A stretch of 64,000 bases of DNA from the NCBI GenBank assembly GCA_963748215.1, contig CAVVHS010000005.1, positions 192,001-256,000 of the forward strand. The letters run 5' to 3'. Origin of the DNA: an uncultured Gammaproteobacteria bacterium (GTDB lineage: Bacteria; Pseudomonadota; Gammaproteobacteria; UBA9214). A program made the translations under genes and the position numbers. Under the pieces are notes generated by a model, which did not search any database, was not told the origin of the DNA, and saw only the letters and a list, made by a program, of their open reading frames with translations. Shown here piece after piece: positions 41,776 through 52,427 of the stretch. How positions within the stretch are numbered: the stretch's first letter is position 1; every line of letters starts with the position of its first letter.

Positions 41776-41791
41776 TGGCATGGATCATGCA
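41776..41791 (+). promoter_or_regulatory. Candidate sigma-54 -24/-12 site upstream of rpoN
   Basis: TGGCAT-GGATC-ATGCA fits GG-N10-GC. Confidence 0.4.
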
Positions 41792-42007
41792 CTATAGTAA
41801 TTGAAGGGTTTATAGGTACTGCCAAACTGGCAGAAAACAGGTGTTTTACTCTGCGGAACAAGAATCCGTAAAATCTATACTAGTCAAAGGCTTGCATATT
41901 CAATGAGCAAACGCTACCAGGCTGCGTGTGGAACAGGGAAACCCTGCCGGCAGCGGCACATCACCCAACCAAAAGTCCGCAACAGACCTGCATAAGCCTC
42001 GCCACCC

Positions 42008-43456
42008 ATGAAGCAGTCGCTGCAACTCAAGCTCGGCCAGAACCTGACCATGACACCCCAGTTGCAGCAGGCGATTCGCCTGCTGCAACTGTCGACTCTG
42101 GAGCTTCAGACCGAGGTGCAAATGGCGCTCGAGTCCAACCCGATGCTCGAGCAGGACGAAGGCGCCGTCGCCGAGAACGGCGAGCCGCCGGCCGAGGTCA
42201 ATGGCAGTGACCGCGATAGCAAACTGACCGCCGAGGGCGACAGCGAAAACATCCCGGACGAGCTGCCGGTCGACAGTAACTGGGAAGACGTCTTCGATAC
42301 CGGCGCCACCAGCTACAGTGCCCCGGATACCGGCGGGCGCGACATCATGGAAACGATCACCGTCAGCGGTGAAAGCCTGCAGGATCACCTCGTGTGGCAG
42401 CTGGAAATGACCAACCTGTCGGACACCGACCTGATGATCGCACGTACCGTCATCGACGCCATCGACGAGGACGGATATCTCACCATCGGCTCTGAAGACA
42501 TCCGCCGGTCGCTGGCCAGCAGTATCGAGGTGGAAGCGGACGAGATCGAGGCGGTCATCCATCGTATCCAGCAGCTCGACCCGATCGGTGTCTGCGCACG
42601 CGACCTGCAGGAAAACCTGTTGCTGCAGCTGCAGCAGTTCGATATGGATTCGCCCTGGCTCAGGGAAGCGCAGCTACTGGTGCGGGACCACTTCGGCCTG
42701 CTCAGCAACCGCGACTACAACCGCATCTGCAGCAAGATGAAACTGGGCAAGGACGAACTGCAGCAGGTCATCAACCTGATCCAGTCGCTGAATCCGCGCC
42801 CCGGCTCCACGTACAACACCACAGAACCCGAGTACATCATCCCGGACGTCTACGTCTTCAAGAAGGGCAGCGCCTGGCAGGTGGAACTGAATCCCGATTC
42901 GATCCCGAAATTGCGCATCAACTCGATGTACGCGAACATGATCAAGCGCGGCAGCAACAGCCGGGATAACAATTATCTGCGGGACAATCTCCAGGAGGCG
43001 CGCTGGTTCCTGAAGAGCCTGCAGAGTCGCCACGAGACCCTGCTGAAGGTCGCCAGCTGCATCGTCGAACGCCAGCACGGCTTCCTGGATCATGGCGAGG
43101 AAGCCATGCGGCCGATGGTGCTGCGCAGTATCGCGGAGACCATCGAAATGCACGAATCGACCGTGTCGCGCGTGACCACGCGCAAATACATGCATACGCC
43201 GCGCGGTATCTACGAGTTCAAGTACTTCTTCTCCAGCCATGTTTCCACGGAAGCTGGCGGCGAATGTTCCGCAACCGCGATCCGGGCCATCATCAAGAAG
43301 CTGGTCGCAGCGGAAAACCCGGCGAAACCGCTGAGCGACAGCAAGATGGCCAATGTCCTGGCCGACCAGGGTATCAATGTCGCTCGCCGCACTATCGCCA
43401 AGTACCGGGAGTCACTCTCCATTTCACCATCCAACGAACGCAAGCGCCTCTCGTAG
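42008..43456 (+). CDS. rpoN: RNA polymerase sigma-54
   Basis: [20 protein letters not shown] and RpoN box ARRTIAKYR. Confidence 0.98.
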   Translation: MKQSLQLKLGQNLTMTPQLQQAIRLLQLSTLELQTEVQMALESNPMLEQDEGAVAENGEPPAEVNGSDRDSKLTAEGDSENIPDELPVDSNWEDVFDTGATSYSAPDTGGRDIMETITVSGESLQDHLVWQLEMTNLSDTDLMIARTVIDAIDEDGYLTIGSEDIRRSLASSIEVEADEIEAVIHRIQQLDPIGVCARDLQENLLLQLQQFDMDSPWLREAQLLVRDHFGLLSNRDYNRICSKMKLGKDELQQVINLIQSLNPRPGSTYNTTEPEYIIPDVYVFKKGSAWQVELNPDSIPKLRINSMYANMIKRGSNSRDNNYLRDNLQEARWFLKSLQSRHETLLKVASCIVERQHGFLDHGEEAMRPMVLRSIAETIEMHESTVSRVTTRKYMHTPRGIYEFKYFFSSHVSTEAGGECSATAIRAIIKKLVAAENPAKPLSDSKMANVLADQGINVARRTIAKYRESLSISPSNERKRLS

Positions 43457-43482
43457 GCGTAACCAGAAAAAGGAGTGCTGTT

Positions 43483-43803
43483 ATGCAAATCAGCCTGACC
43501 GGAAATCACGTCGACCTGACCGAACCGTTGCGCGAATATGTCAACACCAAGATGGAACGCCTGGAGCGCCATTTCGATATCGTGCATGACATCCACGTGG
43601 TACTGAGTGTGGAAAAACTGCGTCACAAGGCGGAAGCGACCGTGCACATTAACGGCAACAAGCTGTTTGCCGATTCGGTACAGGAAGACATGTACGCGGC
43701 AATCGATGCCCTGACCGACAAGCTCGACCGCCAGGTAAAAAAGCACAAGGAAAAAATGACCGACCATCACCGCAGCGAGGGGTCCATTGCTAAAGGTCTG
43801 TAG
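43483..43803 (+). CDS. hpf: Ribosome hibernation promoting factor
   Basis: DMYAAID..KLDRQ motif; follows rpoN. Confidence 0.93.
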   Translation: MQISLTGNHVDLTEPLREYVNTKMERLERHFDIVHDIHVVLSVEKLRHKAEATVHINGNKLFADSVQEDMYAAIDALTDKLDRQVKKHKEKMTDHHRSEGSIAKGL

Positions 43804-43865
43804 CACCGCCTGACGGCCGGCAGGATGTCCGGCGTACGGCCTGCAACAGCAGCACACTGTCAATC

Positions 43866-44336
43866 ATGAATATAACCAGTTTATTATCAAACGACCGCGT
43901 TGTTTGCAGTGACGATATCGCGAGCAAAAAACGCGTGCTGGAATTGCTGAGCGAGCTGCTCGGCAGGAGTTCGCCACAGCTGTCGCAACAGGCCATTTTC
44001 GACGCGCTGGTCAACCGCGAAAAGCTCGGCAGCACCGGCCTCGGCAAGGGTGTTGCCATCCCGCACGGCCGCATGACCTCGCTGGAGGAGCCGGTGTGCG
44101 CCTTCATCGAGGTCAAGACACCGGTGGATTTCGACGCCGCCGACGGTCAACCCGTGGATCTTGTGTTCTGCCTGCTCGTCCCGGAAGACTCAACCGAGGA
44201 ACACCTGCAGGTGCTGTCGACCATCGCCGAGATCTTCAGCAACCCTTCCATGTGCAGCTCGCTGCGCGAGTGCGACAACGGTGAATGCATACTCGCGCAA
44301 CTCTACCAGTGGGAGAGCCAGCGAATATCCGCATGA
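43866..44336 (+). CDS. ptsN: PTS IIA(Ntr)
   Basis: REKLGSTGLG and AIPHGR motifs. Confidence 0.93.
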   Translation: MNITSLLSNDRVVCSDDIASKKRVLELLSELLGRSSPQLSQQAIFDALVNREKLGSTGLGKGVAIPHGRMTSLEEPVCAFIEVKTPVDFDAADGQPVDLVFCLLVPEDSTEEHLQVLSTIAEIFSNPSMCSSLRECDNGECILAQLYQWESQRISA

Positions 44337-45277
44337 GCACAACGCTTGATATCAGGACGTTGTACGATGATCTGGAGGAAAAACTGGGTCTGAGCTGGAT
44401 CTGCGGCTCCGATCACGAGCACAAGGTGATCCACACCAGCAAGGAGCTCGCCACCGAGGTATCGCTGGTCGGACAACTCAATCTCATCAATCCGCACCGC
44501 GTCCAGATACTCGGCAGGAAGGAACTGGAATATTTCGACAAGTTGCAGAAAAACTCGCGCAAGGATGCAATCGCCCAGCTTTTCTCCGGAGAATCGACAC
44601 TGATAATCCTCGCCGGCCGGCTCAGCGCACCCAAAGACCTGACGGCCGCCGCGACAGCCTCGCACACGCCGCTGCTGTCCTCACGCCTGAAAAGCCAGGA
44701 AACCATCGAGAACCTGCAGCACTACCTGACCAACTTTTTCGCGGAAAAGATCACACTGCATGGCGTGTTCATGGAAGTCATGGGTACCGGTGTACTGATC
44801 ACCGGCGAATCGAGCATCGGCAAGAGCGAACTGGCGCTGGAACTGCTGACACGCGGGCACCGGCTGATCGCCGACGATGCGCCTGAATTCGCGCGCATTG
44901 CGCCGGACACGCTGATCGGGACCTGCCCGGAAATGCTGCGTGAATTTCTCGAGGTGCGCGGCCTCGGCATCCTCAATGTGCGCGCCATGTTCGGCGCCAG
45001 CGCAATCAAGCAGAACCGCAACCTGCGGCTCATTATACGTCTGCAGGACATGGAGGAGGCGGTGAAGATGGACCGTCTGCACGGCAGCCGCCAGCTGCGC
45101 AAGATCCAGGATGTCGACATACCCGAGGTTACCCTGCCGGTCGGCCCCGGCAGGAACCTGTCGGTGCTGGTGGAAGCGGCGGTACGCAACCATATCCTGA
45201 TCAGCAAGGGTTACGACGCCAGCGAGGCCTTCATCGAGCGGCAGAAGAAACGCCTGGAAAAGGCGCGCGAAGAATAG
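44333..45277 (+). CDS. hprK: HPr kinase/phosphorylase
   Basis: GKSELALEL, LIADD and LEVRGLGI motifs. Confidence 0.95.
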   Translation: MSTTLDIRTLYDDLEEKLGLSWICGSDHEHKVIHTSKELATEVSLVGQLNLINPHRVQILGRKELEYFDKLQKNSRKDAIAQLFSGESTLIILAGRLSAPKDLTAAATASHTPLLSSRLKSQETIENLQHYLTNFFAEKITLHGVFMEVMGTGVLITGESSIGKSELALELLTRGHRLIADDAPEFARIAPDTLIGTCPEMLREFLEVRGLGILNVRAMFGASAIKQNRNLRLIIRLQDMEEAVKMDRLHGSRQLRKIQDVDIPEVTLPVGPGRNLSVLVEAAVRNHILISKGYDASEAFIERQKKRLEKAREE

Positions 45278-45285
45278 CTACGGAT

Positions 45286-46143
45286 ATGAATATGGTCATC
45301 ATCAGCGGCCTGTCCGGCTCCGGCAAGAGCGTGGCCCTGCACGCCCTCGAGGACATGGACTTCTACTGCATCGATAACCTGCCGATCGGACTGCTGGTTG
45401 CCTTCGCCAACGAACTCCACGAACGCAACCTGGCCAACAGCGACAAGGTCGCCGCCGGCATCGACGCGCGCAACCGCGGCGACCAGCTCGAGCGCTTTCC
45501 GAAGATTATCGCCGGGCTGCGCGAGCGCGGCATCGACTGCAAGATACTGTTCCTGCAGGCCGACGACGCCACCCTGCTCAAGCGATTCAGCGAGACACGC
45601 CGCAAGCACCCGCTCAGCAACAGCAGGACTCCGCTGGCCGATGCCATCGAACGTGAACGCGAGCTGCTGGCGCCGATTGCTGCCAATGCCGATCTGTTCA
45701 TCGACACCAGCCGCACCAACGTGCACCAGCTGCGCGAGCTGGTCATGGAAAGCATCGGCAAGACACACAACAAGGGATTTTCCCTGCTGTTGCGCTCCTT
45801 CGGTTACAAGCACGGCATCCCGGCGGACGCCGATTTCGTATTCGATGCACGCTGCCTGCCGAACCCGCACTGGCAGCCGGACTTGCGCAGCAAGACCGGA
45901 CTTGATAAAGAAGTGGCAGACTATCTGGAAACACAGCCGGTCGTGGCCGAGTACCGGGAACAGATCGAGCAGTTCCTGAAACGCTGGATTCCGGAGTTCA
46001 AGGCGGACAATCGCAGCTACCTCAGCATCGCCATCGGCTGCACGGGCGGACAACACCGTTCCGTCTACCTGGTCGACGGGCTTGCCGGGCGACTGGGCGA
46101 CTCACTTGGCGAGGTCGTGGTCCGCCACCGGGAGCTGGAATAA
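45286..46143 (+). CDS. rapZ: RNase adapter RapZ
   Basis: GLSGSGKS, SFGYKHG and GCTGGQHRSV motifs. Confidence 0.95.
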   Translation: MNMVIISGLSGSGKSVALHALEDMDFYCIDNLPIGLLVAFANELHERNLANSDKVAAGIDARNRGDQLERFPKIIAGLRERGIDCKILFLQADDATLLKRFSETRRKHPLSNSRTPLADAIERERELLAPIAANADLFIDTSRTNVHQLRELVMESIGKTHNKGFSLLLRSFGYKHGIPADADFVFDARCLPNPHWQPDLRSKTGLDKEVADYLETQPVVAEYREQIEQFLKRWIPEFKADNRSYLSIAIGCTGGQHRSVYLVDGLAGRLGDSLGEVVVRHRELE

Positions 46144-46541
46144 TGTGCGGAGTACTACTGATTACACACGGCAACATCGGCCAGGACATGCTGGACACGG
46201 TCAGCGCCATCCTGGGCCGCTGCCCGCTGGACACGCTGGCCATCGGTGTCCCGCCCGACTGCGAACCCGATGCAGTATTCGCCGCCGCCAGCCGGAGCTG
46301 TACATCGCTGGACGATGGCCAGGGGGTGCTGGTGCTGACCGACCTGTACGGCAGCACGCCAAGCAACATCGCCAACCGCCTGCTCGATGCCCACAACGTC
46401 ATCGTCCTGAGCGGCATCAACATGCCGATGCTGCTGCGCATCATGAACTACCCTGATAATGATCTCGGAGAGCTCGCGGAATTCGCCGCCAGCGGCGCCC
46501 GCAACGGCATCGTGCTCACCCACAGCAAGCAGGCATCCTGA
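46143..46541 (+). CDS. PTS IIA component (mannose/fructose type)
   Basis: LITHG, DLYGSTPSN and GINMPML motifs. Confidence 0.9.
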   Translation: MCGVLLITHGNIGQDMLDTVSAILGRCPLDTLAIGVPPDCEPDAVFAAASRSCTSLDDGQGVLVLTDLYGSTPSNIANRLLDAHNVIVLSGINMPMLLRIMNYPDNDLGELAEFAASGARNGIVLTHSKQAS

Positions 46542-46542
46542 C

Positions 46543-46812
46543 ATGCAGGAACGTCCAGTCACTATCGTCAACAAACTTGGCCTGCATGCACGCGCCGCGG
46601 CCAAGTTCGTCACCACCGCCTCGTCTTTCGCCAGCAACATCGATGTCGCGAAGAACGGGCAGCGGGTCAATGGCAAGAGCATTATGGGAGTCATGATGCT
46701 GGCGGCGTCGCGCGGCACGGAACTGGTCATCATCACCTCGGGAGATGACGAAAAGGAAGCGGCTGACAGCCTTGCGCGGCTGATCGCGGACAAGTTCGGG
46801 GAACACGAATAA
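46543..46812 (+). CDS. ptsH: HPr-family phosphocarrier
   Basis: GLHARAA and KSIMG motifs. Confidence 0.92.
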   Translation: MQERPVTIVNKLGLHARAAAKFVTTASSFASNIDVAKNGQRVNGKSIMGVMMLAASRGTELVIITSGDDEKEAADSLARLIADKFGEHE

Positions 46813-46870
46813 CCGCAGCACACGCAGGCGTCAGCGCCGCTTTCGCTGACGCCGGGAGTCGACAGGCGAC

Positions 46871-48610
46871 ATGAGCCTGATGTTATCCGGCATTGGAGTA
46901 TCCCGCGGCATTGCCATCGGCAAGGCCCACCTCATGCGTAGCAGCATCGAGGTGCTGCAGCTCAGCATCCCCGCTACTCAGCTGGACAGCGAGGTCGCGC
47001 GTTTTCTCGCTGCCGTGGAGCGGGCGCGCAACCAGCTCGAGGCCATACGTGAGCGCATTCCGCTGGAAACCACCATCGACATCACCGCATTTATCGACAC
47101 CCACTTGCTGATGCTCGACGATGCCACCCTGGTCACAACGCCCATGGAACTGATCCGGGAACATGCCTGCAACGCCGAGTGGGCACTCAAGCTGCAGCGC
47201 GATGCCGTCATCAGCGTGTTCGAGAAAATGGACGACCCTTACCTGCGCACCCGCAGCGACGATGTGGATCATGTCGTCAACCGCATCCTGCGCATCCTGC
47301 TCAATCGGGAACAAGACGACGGCACGGACGAACCCGGGCAACTCGCGGATACCATCGTGCTGGCCGACGAACTGACCCCCGCGGAAACCGTCATGCTGAA
47401 ACACCAGGGCATGACGGCATTCGCCACGGAATTCGGCGGCCCGCTGTCGCATACCGCGATCCTGTCGCGCAGCATGCAGATACCGGCGGTGGTCGGCGCG
47501 CACGGCATCCACCAGTACCTGCGTGACGGCGAGACACTGATCCTTGACGGCCTGCAAGGCATCATAATCGCGGCCCCCGATGCACACACCCTCGCCCACT
47601 ACCGCCGGCGCCAGCAGGATGAATTGCGGCGTCAGCAGGAACTGGCGCGCCTGGCCAGCCGTCCCGCGATCACGCTGGACCAGGTGCCGATCCGGCTGAT
47701 GGCCAACATCGAATTGCCCGAGGACGTCGAGGCCGTCGGGATGACGCACGTCGACGGGGTCGGCCTGTACCGCACCGAGTTCCTGTTCATGAACCGGTCG
47801 ACACCACCCGACGAGCAGGAGCAGTTCGACTGTTACCTGGCGGTACTCGATGCGCTCAAGGGCAGGCCGCTAACCATCCGCACCCTCGACATGGGTGCTG
47901 ACAAGCAGGTCGACAGCGGCACCAGCCGTTGCGGCAGCAACCCTGCGCTCGGACTGCGCGCCGTGCGATTATGTCTCAAGGACCTGTCCCTGTTCCGGCC
48001 CCAGCTGCGCGCCATACTGCGCGCCTCCGCGCACGGACCGGTACGCATGATGATCCCCATGTTGACCAACACCCAGGAGCTGCACCAGGTACTGTCGCTG
48101 CTCAAGGAGACGCGCAATGCCCTGCACCGCGAGGCGCTGGCATTCGCACCGGACATCAGTATCGGCGGCATGATCGAGGTGCCGGGAGCGGCGCTCTCGG
48201 CGCGCGAATTCGCACGCCACCTGGACTTTCTGTCCATCGGCACCAACGACCTGATCCAGTACACGCTCGCCATCGACCGCGTCGATGACGAGGTCAACTA
48301 CCTGTACGACCCGCTGCACCCCGCCGTCCTGCGACTGATCAAGATGACCATCGACGCCGGCCTGGAGACCGGCATCCCGGTAGCCATGTGCGGCGAGATG
48401 GCCGGCGACCCGCGCTACACACGACTGCTGCTCGGAATGGGGCTGACCGAGTTCAGCATGCACCACACCTCCCTGCAGGAAGTGAAGCGCGTCATCAACA
48501 ACAGCCACATCGCCACACTCAGACCCCTGGTCGAGGAACTGGTCAACCGCACCACCGCCGGCCAGATCCACACCCGCGTCGAATCGCTGAACAGCAACCT
48601 TACCGAATGA
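46871..48610 (+). CDS. ptsI: PEP-protein phosphotransferase (enzyme I)
   Basis: SHTAI, GLYRTEF, SIGTNDL and CGEMAG motifs. Confidence 0.95.
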   Translation: MSLMLSGIGVSRGIAIGKAHLMRSSIEVLQLSIPATQLDSEVARFLAAVERARNQLEAIRERIPLETTIDITAFIDTHLLMLDDATLVTTPMELIREHACNAEWALKLQRDAVISVFEKMDDPYLRTRSDDVDHVVNRILRILLNREQDDGTDEPGQLADTIVLADELTPAETVMLKHQGMTAFATEFGGPLSHTAILSRSMQIPAVVGAHGIHQYLRDGETLILDGLQGIIIAAPDAHTLAHYRRRQQDELRRQQELARLASRPAITLDQVPIRLMANIELPEDVEAVGMTHVDGVGLYRTEFLFMNRSTPPDEQEQFDCYLAVLDALKGRPLTIRTLDMGADKQVDSGTSRCGSNPALGLRAVRLCLKDLSLFRPQLRAILRASAHGPVRMMIPMLTNTQELHQVLSLLKETRNALHREALAFAPDISIGGMIEVPGAALSAREFARHLDFLSIGTNDLIQYTLAIDRVDDEVNYLYDPLHPAVLRLIKMTIDAGLETGIPVAMCGEMAGDPRYTRLLLGMGLTEFSMHHTSLQEVKRVINNSHIATLRPLVEELVNRTTAGQIHTRVESLNSNLTE

Positions 48611-48683
48611 GCTGAGTGCTGCTACACTGCGCAGTGCCTGCGCAGACGGATGGGCGTCTGTGCGCCCGGAACAGCTTGCCGCG

Positions 48684-50042
48684 ATGAACGAGTCAGCAAC
48701 CACAAAAACAACCGAGACCCGGCTCGAACGCCTCACCCGGGCGCTGGACTCCGGCGCGGCAGGCCAGGTCCGCTACCTGCTGACCAACCTGCACGCCTCC
48801 GAAATCGCCGACATGCTGGAGGCATTCCCGCACGGGCCGCGCGAAATCCTCTGGGAACTGGTCGATCCCGAAGACCGCGGCGAAACCCTGGTGCATCTCA
48901 ACGAAGAGGTGCGTGCCGGTCTCATCAAGGACATGGAGACCCACGACCTGGTCGCCGCCACCGAGGGCCTGGACCCGGACGACCTCGTCGACCTGCTGCA
49001 GGACCTGCCGGGTGCGGTCACCCGGGAAGTCATGCGCTCCATGGACAAGCAGAACCGCATCCGGCTGGAGGCGATCCTGCAGTACCCGGAAGACTCGGCG
49101 GGCGGCCTGATGAACGTCGACGTCGTGACCATCCGCGCGGATGTGTCGCTGGACGTGGTGCTGCGCTACCTGCGCCTGCACAAGGAAATACCCGGAGCAA
49201 CGGATACCCTGTTCGTGGTCGACCGCAACGACCACTTCCGCGGCACCCTGCCGCTGACCACCCTGCTAACCAACGACCCGGAGCTGATGGTGGCCGCGGT
49301 GATGAATCGCGACGTCAAGCCCATCCCTGCCACCCTGCCGGACGTCGAGGTCGCGCGGCTGTTCGAGAACCTCGACCTGGTGTCCGCACCGGTAGTCAAC
49401 GAAGACAACAAGCTGCTCGGTCGCATCACCATCGACGACGTGGTCGACGTGATCCGCGACGACGCCGAACATTCCCTGCTGAGCATGGCCGGCCTCGACG
49501 AGGAAGACGATACCTTCGCGCCTATCCTCAAGAGCGCCCGGCGCCGCGCCATCTGGCTCGGCATCAACCTGGCCACCGCCTTCCTCGCCTCCTGGGTAAT
49601 CGGCCGCTTCCAGGCCACCATCGAACAGGTGGTCGCGCTGGCCGTCCTGATGCCGATCGTCGCCAGCATGGGCGGTATCGCCGGCAGCCAGACCCTGATT
49701 ATCGTGATCCGCGGCCTGGCGCTTGGCCAGGTCGGCAGCAGCAACGCCCGCTGGCTGATGCACAAGGAGCTGATGGTCGCTATCATCAACGGCGTCGGCT
49801 GGGCGGTGGTGGTGGCGGTGATCTCGGGCCTCTGGTTCCGCAACTCCGATATCGGCTTGATCATCGCCGTGGCACTGATCGTCAACCTGTTCTGCGCCGC
49901 GCTGGCCGGCCTGTCCATCCCGTTCTTTCTCAAACGCATGAACATCGACCCGGCACACGCCGGCTCGGTGATCCTGACCACGGTCACCGACGTGGTGGGA
50001 TTCCTGGTGTTCCTGGGGCTGGGGACTATCTTTCTGCTTTAA
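48684..50042 (+). CDS. mgtE: Magnesium transporter MgtE
   Basis: YPEDSAGGLM, CBS pair, MGGIAGSQ and TTVTDVVG motifs. Confidence 0.95.
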   Translation: MNESATTKTTETRLERLTRALDSGAAGQVRYLLTNLHASEIADMLEAFPHGPREILWELVDPEDRGETLVHLNEEVRAGLIKDMETHDLVAATEGLDPDDLVDLLQDLPGAVTREVMRSMDKQNRIRLEAILQYPEDSAGGLMNVDVVTIRADVSLDVVLRYLRLHKEIPGATDTLFVVDRNDHFRGTLPLTTLLTNDPELMVAAVMNRDVKPIPATLPDVEVARLFENLDLVSAPVVNEDNKLLGRITIDDVVDVIRDDAEHSLLSMAGLDEEDDTFAPILKSARRRAIWLGINLATAFLASWVIGRFQATIEQVVALAVLMPIVASMGGIAGSQTLIIVIRGLALGQVGSSNARWLMHKELMVAIINGVGWAVVVAVISGLWFRNSDIGLIIAVALIVNLFCAALAGLSIPFFLKRMNIDPAHAGSVILTTVTDVVGFLVFLGLGTIFLL

Positions 50043-50061
50043 AACCCCGCCTCTGCGTCTC

Positions 50062-50173
50062 TCGGCAACTGCTCCCGGCGTTGCTCTAACTCCTCGGTAA
50101 CTGCTCCATGCGTTACTCTACCTCCTACATCCATGTAGTCGTACATCCATGTAGTCGTACATCCCTGCTGTCG
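50062..50173. mobile_element. Self-nested ~48-bp hairpin element
   Basis: Two heads (tcgg(c/t)aactgctcc...ctcc) followed by three tacatcc..gtcg tails. Confidence 0.7.
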
Positions 50174-50189
50174 TGCGCGAGGCAGTATT

Positions 50190-51548
50190 TCACGACCCTC
50201 CAATCATCATATGATCGAGCAGCACCGAGCCTGAGCGGATGTTGCCGCGCAGGTCGACGTCGTTGCCGACGGCGGCGATGCCCATGAAGATGCCCTTCAG
50301 GTTGCCGGCCACGGTGATCTCGTCCACCGGGTAGGCGATCTCGCCGTTTTCCACCCAGAAGCCGGCGGCGCCGCGCGAGTAGTCACCGGTGACGATGTTC
50401 ACGCCGAAACCGATGAACTCGGTGACCAGAAGACCATTGCCCATTTCACGCAACAGGCCCTCGAGGTCATGTTCGCCCGGCTCGATGGTCAGGTTGTGCA
50501 CACCGCCGGCATTGCCGGTGGTCTGCATGCCGAGCTTGCGCGCCGCGTAGCTGTTCAGTACGTAGCCCTGCAGGATGCCGTCGCTGATGATGTCGCGCGC
50601 CTGCGTGACCACGCCTTCCGAGTCGTAGGGTGCGCTGCCCAGGGCCCTGGGCAGGTGTGGCTGTTCGTGGATGTGCATGAAACCGGGAAACACCGGCTTG
50701 CCGAGATGGTCGAGCAGAAAGCTGGACTTGCGGTACAGGCTGCTGCCACTGACGGCATTGATGAAATGCCCGAACAGGCTGCCGGCGCTCTCCGCGGCGA
50801 TGATCACCGGCGCGGTGCGTGTGGAGAGGCGGCGCGTACCGAGGCGCCTGACAGTGCGCTCGCCTGCCTTGCGACCGACGTCGGCGGGCAGTTCCAGGTC
50901 GGCGCGGCCACGCGCAGCGCTCGACCAGTAGTCGCGCTGCATCTCCTCACCCCGCCGTCCGATCACCGAACAGCTGATGCTGTGATAGCTGGTCCGGTAG
51001 CTGCCATGAAAGCCGAGGCTGTTGGCCTTGACGCGCAGCCCGGCGTAACTGGCGACGGTAGCGCCTTCCGAGTTGTCGATACAGGGGTCGACCGCGCGGG
51101 CGGCGTCCTCGCACTCCCGGGCGATGACGATCGCCTGTTCGGGGCCGAGGTCCCAGGGATGGTACAGGTCGAGGTCCGGGATCTCTTTCGCCAGGCACTC
51201 GACATCGGCCAGACCGGCACAGGGATCTTCACTGGTGTAGCGCGCCACGTCGCATGCAGCACGCACCGTCGCCTCGATGCTATCCGGCTCGAAGTCCGCG
51301 GTCGTGGCCGTGCCCTTGCGGTGGTCGAAATACACCGTCAGTCCCAGCACACGGTCACGGTTGAATTCCAGCGTCTCGGTCTCGCCGAGGCGCACGGTGA
51401 CGGACAGGCCGGCATCGAAACTCACGCCTGCCTCGACCTCGTCGGCGCCGGCGGCCCGCGCGCGGGCGATGATGTCCTGCACCATCTCCTCCAGCCGTGC
51501 GGCTTCCGGCAGGGGTGCAGTTTGTTCGGTGGCCTGGATCGCTGACAT
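50190..51548 (-). CDS. pmbA: Metalloprotease subunit PmbA/TldE
   Basis: DSEGV, TTGNAGG, TGDYSRG and ITVAGNL motifs. Confidence 0.95.
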   Translation of the reverse strand: MSAIQATEQTAPLPEAARLEEMVQDIIARARAAGADEVEAGVSFDAGLSVTVRLGETETLEFNRDRVLGLTVYFDHRKGTATTADFEPDSIEATVRAACDVARYTSEDPCAGLADVECLAKEIPDLDLYHPWDLGPEQAIVIARECEDAARAVDPCIDNSEGATVASYAGLRVKANSLGFHGSYRTSYHSISCSVIGRRGEEMQRDYWSSAARGRADLELPADVGRKAGERTVRRLGTRRLSTRTAPVIIAAESAGSLFGHFINAVSGSSLYRKSSFLLDHLGKPVFPGFMHIHEQPHLPRALGSAPYDSEGVVTQARDIISDGILQGYVLNSYAARKLGMQTTGNAGGVHNLTIEPGEHDLEGLLREMGNGLLVTEFIGFGVNIVTGDYSRGAAGFWVENGEIAYPVDEITVAGNLKGIFMGIAAVGNDVDLRGNIRSGSVLLDHMMIGGS

Positions 51549-51756
51549 GGTCTTCCCTCGTGTGAAAGGCTGGATTCTACCGGCCTGCCGCACCCCGGAC
51601 AAACTCCCGGAAAACGGCTATGCTAGCCCGCATACCCCTGCGGCTGGAAGAACGGTGTCCAAAGGATGCAAATAGTGAAAGCGATGCGACTCCGGCAGAC
51701 GACTGCATGTCACTGGCCGATGTCTGTCACGCCCGGAAATACAGGCTAGCCGCCGT

Positions 51757-52275
51757 ATGCAGAACCACGACGACGACACCGTCAGCAAGTCGCGTCGCAA
51801 GCGCGAACTCGAGGAACTCAGGCAACTGGGCAACAAACTGCTGGATTTCAACGAGGACAGTCTGCGTCAGCTGCACTTGCCCGAGCTGCTGCTGGAGGCG
51901 GTGCTGACGGGCAGGAACATCACCTCGCACGTGGCACGCAAGCGCCAGTTGCAGTACATCGGCAAACTGCTGAAGGAGTTCGATGCCACGCCGGTGCGTG
52001 AGGCCGTGGCGGCACGCGAGCACCAGCACGATACCGCCACCCGGGAATTCCACCGGATCGAGGCGCTGCGCGAGCAGCTGCTTGCGCAGGGTGACGAGGC
52101 CATACCCGCAGTGCTGGCGCAGTTTCCGCGCACCGACCGCCAGCACCTGCGCAAGCTGGTGCGCCAGGCCCGCCAGCAACAGACCACTGGCCAGCCGGCC
52201 GGTGCATCGCGGGCGCTGTTCCGCTACCTGCGCGAGTTACAGGACGCACCGGAATACCAGGGAAGCTCTGATTAA
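51757..52275 (+). CDS. yjgA: Ribosome-associated protein YjgA/DarP
   Basis: SKSRRKR, RKRQLQYIGKL, DRQHLR and LFRYL motifs; divergent from pmbA. Confidence 0.92.
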   Translation: MQNHDDDTVSKSRRKRELEELRQLGNKLLDFNEDSLRQLHLPELLLEAVLTGRNITSHVARKRQLQYIGKLLKEFDATPVREAVAAREHQHDTATREFHRIEALREQLLAQGDEAIPAVLAQFPRTDRQHLRKLVRQARQQQTTGQPAGASRALFRYLRELQDAPEYQGSSD

Positions 52276-52427
52276 TTCAATGCTCGTCATTCCGGCGCAG
52301 AGCCTGCCCCTGCGAAGCCAGGGGCAGGAATCCTGTGACGGCCTGAATGGTAACACCTGGATTCCGGGTCTCCCCCCGGATCAAGTCCGGGGTTCGCCCG
52401 GAATGACGGATTAATCACACCTTCCCT
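52259..52427. mobile_element. MITE-like element overlapping the yjgA 3' end, with internal gtcattcc/ggaatgac palindromes
   Basis: TIR agggaagctctgattaat / attaatcacaccttccct. Confidence 0.7.

Noticed and set aside
44333-48610. HprK and enzyme I in a Gram-negative rpoN cluster
   Set aside because: A known arrangement in many beta- and gammaproteobacteria
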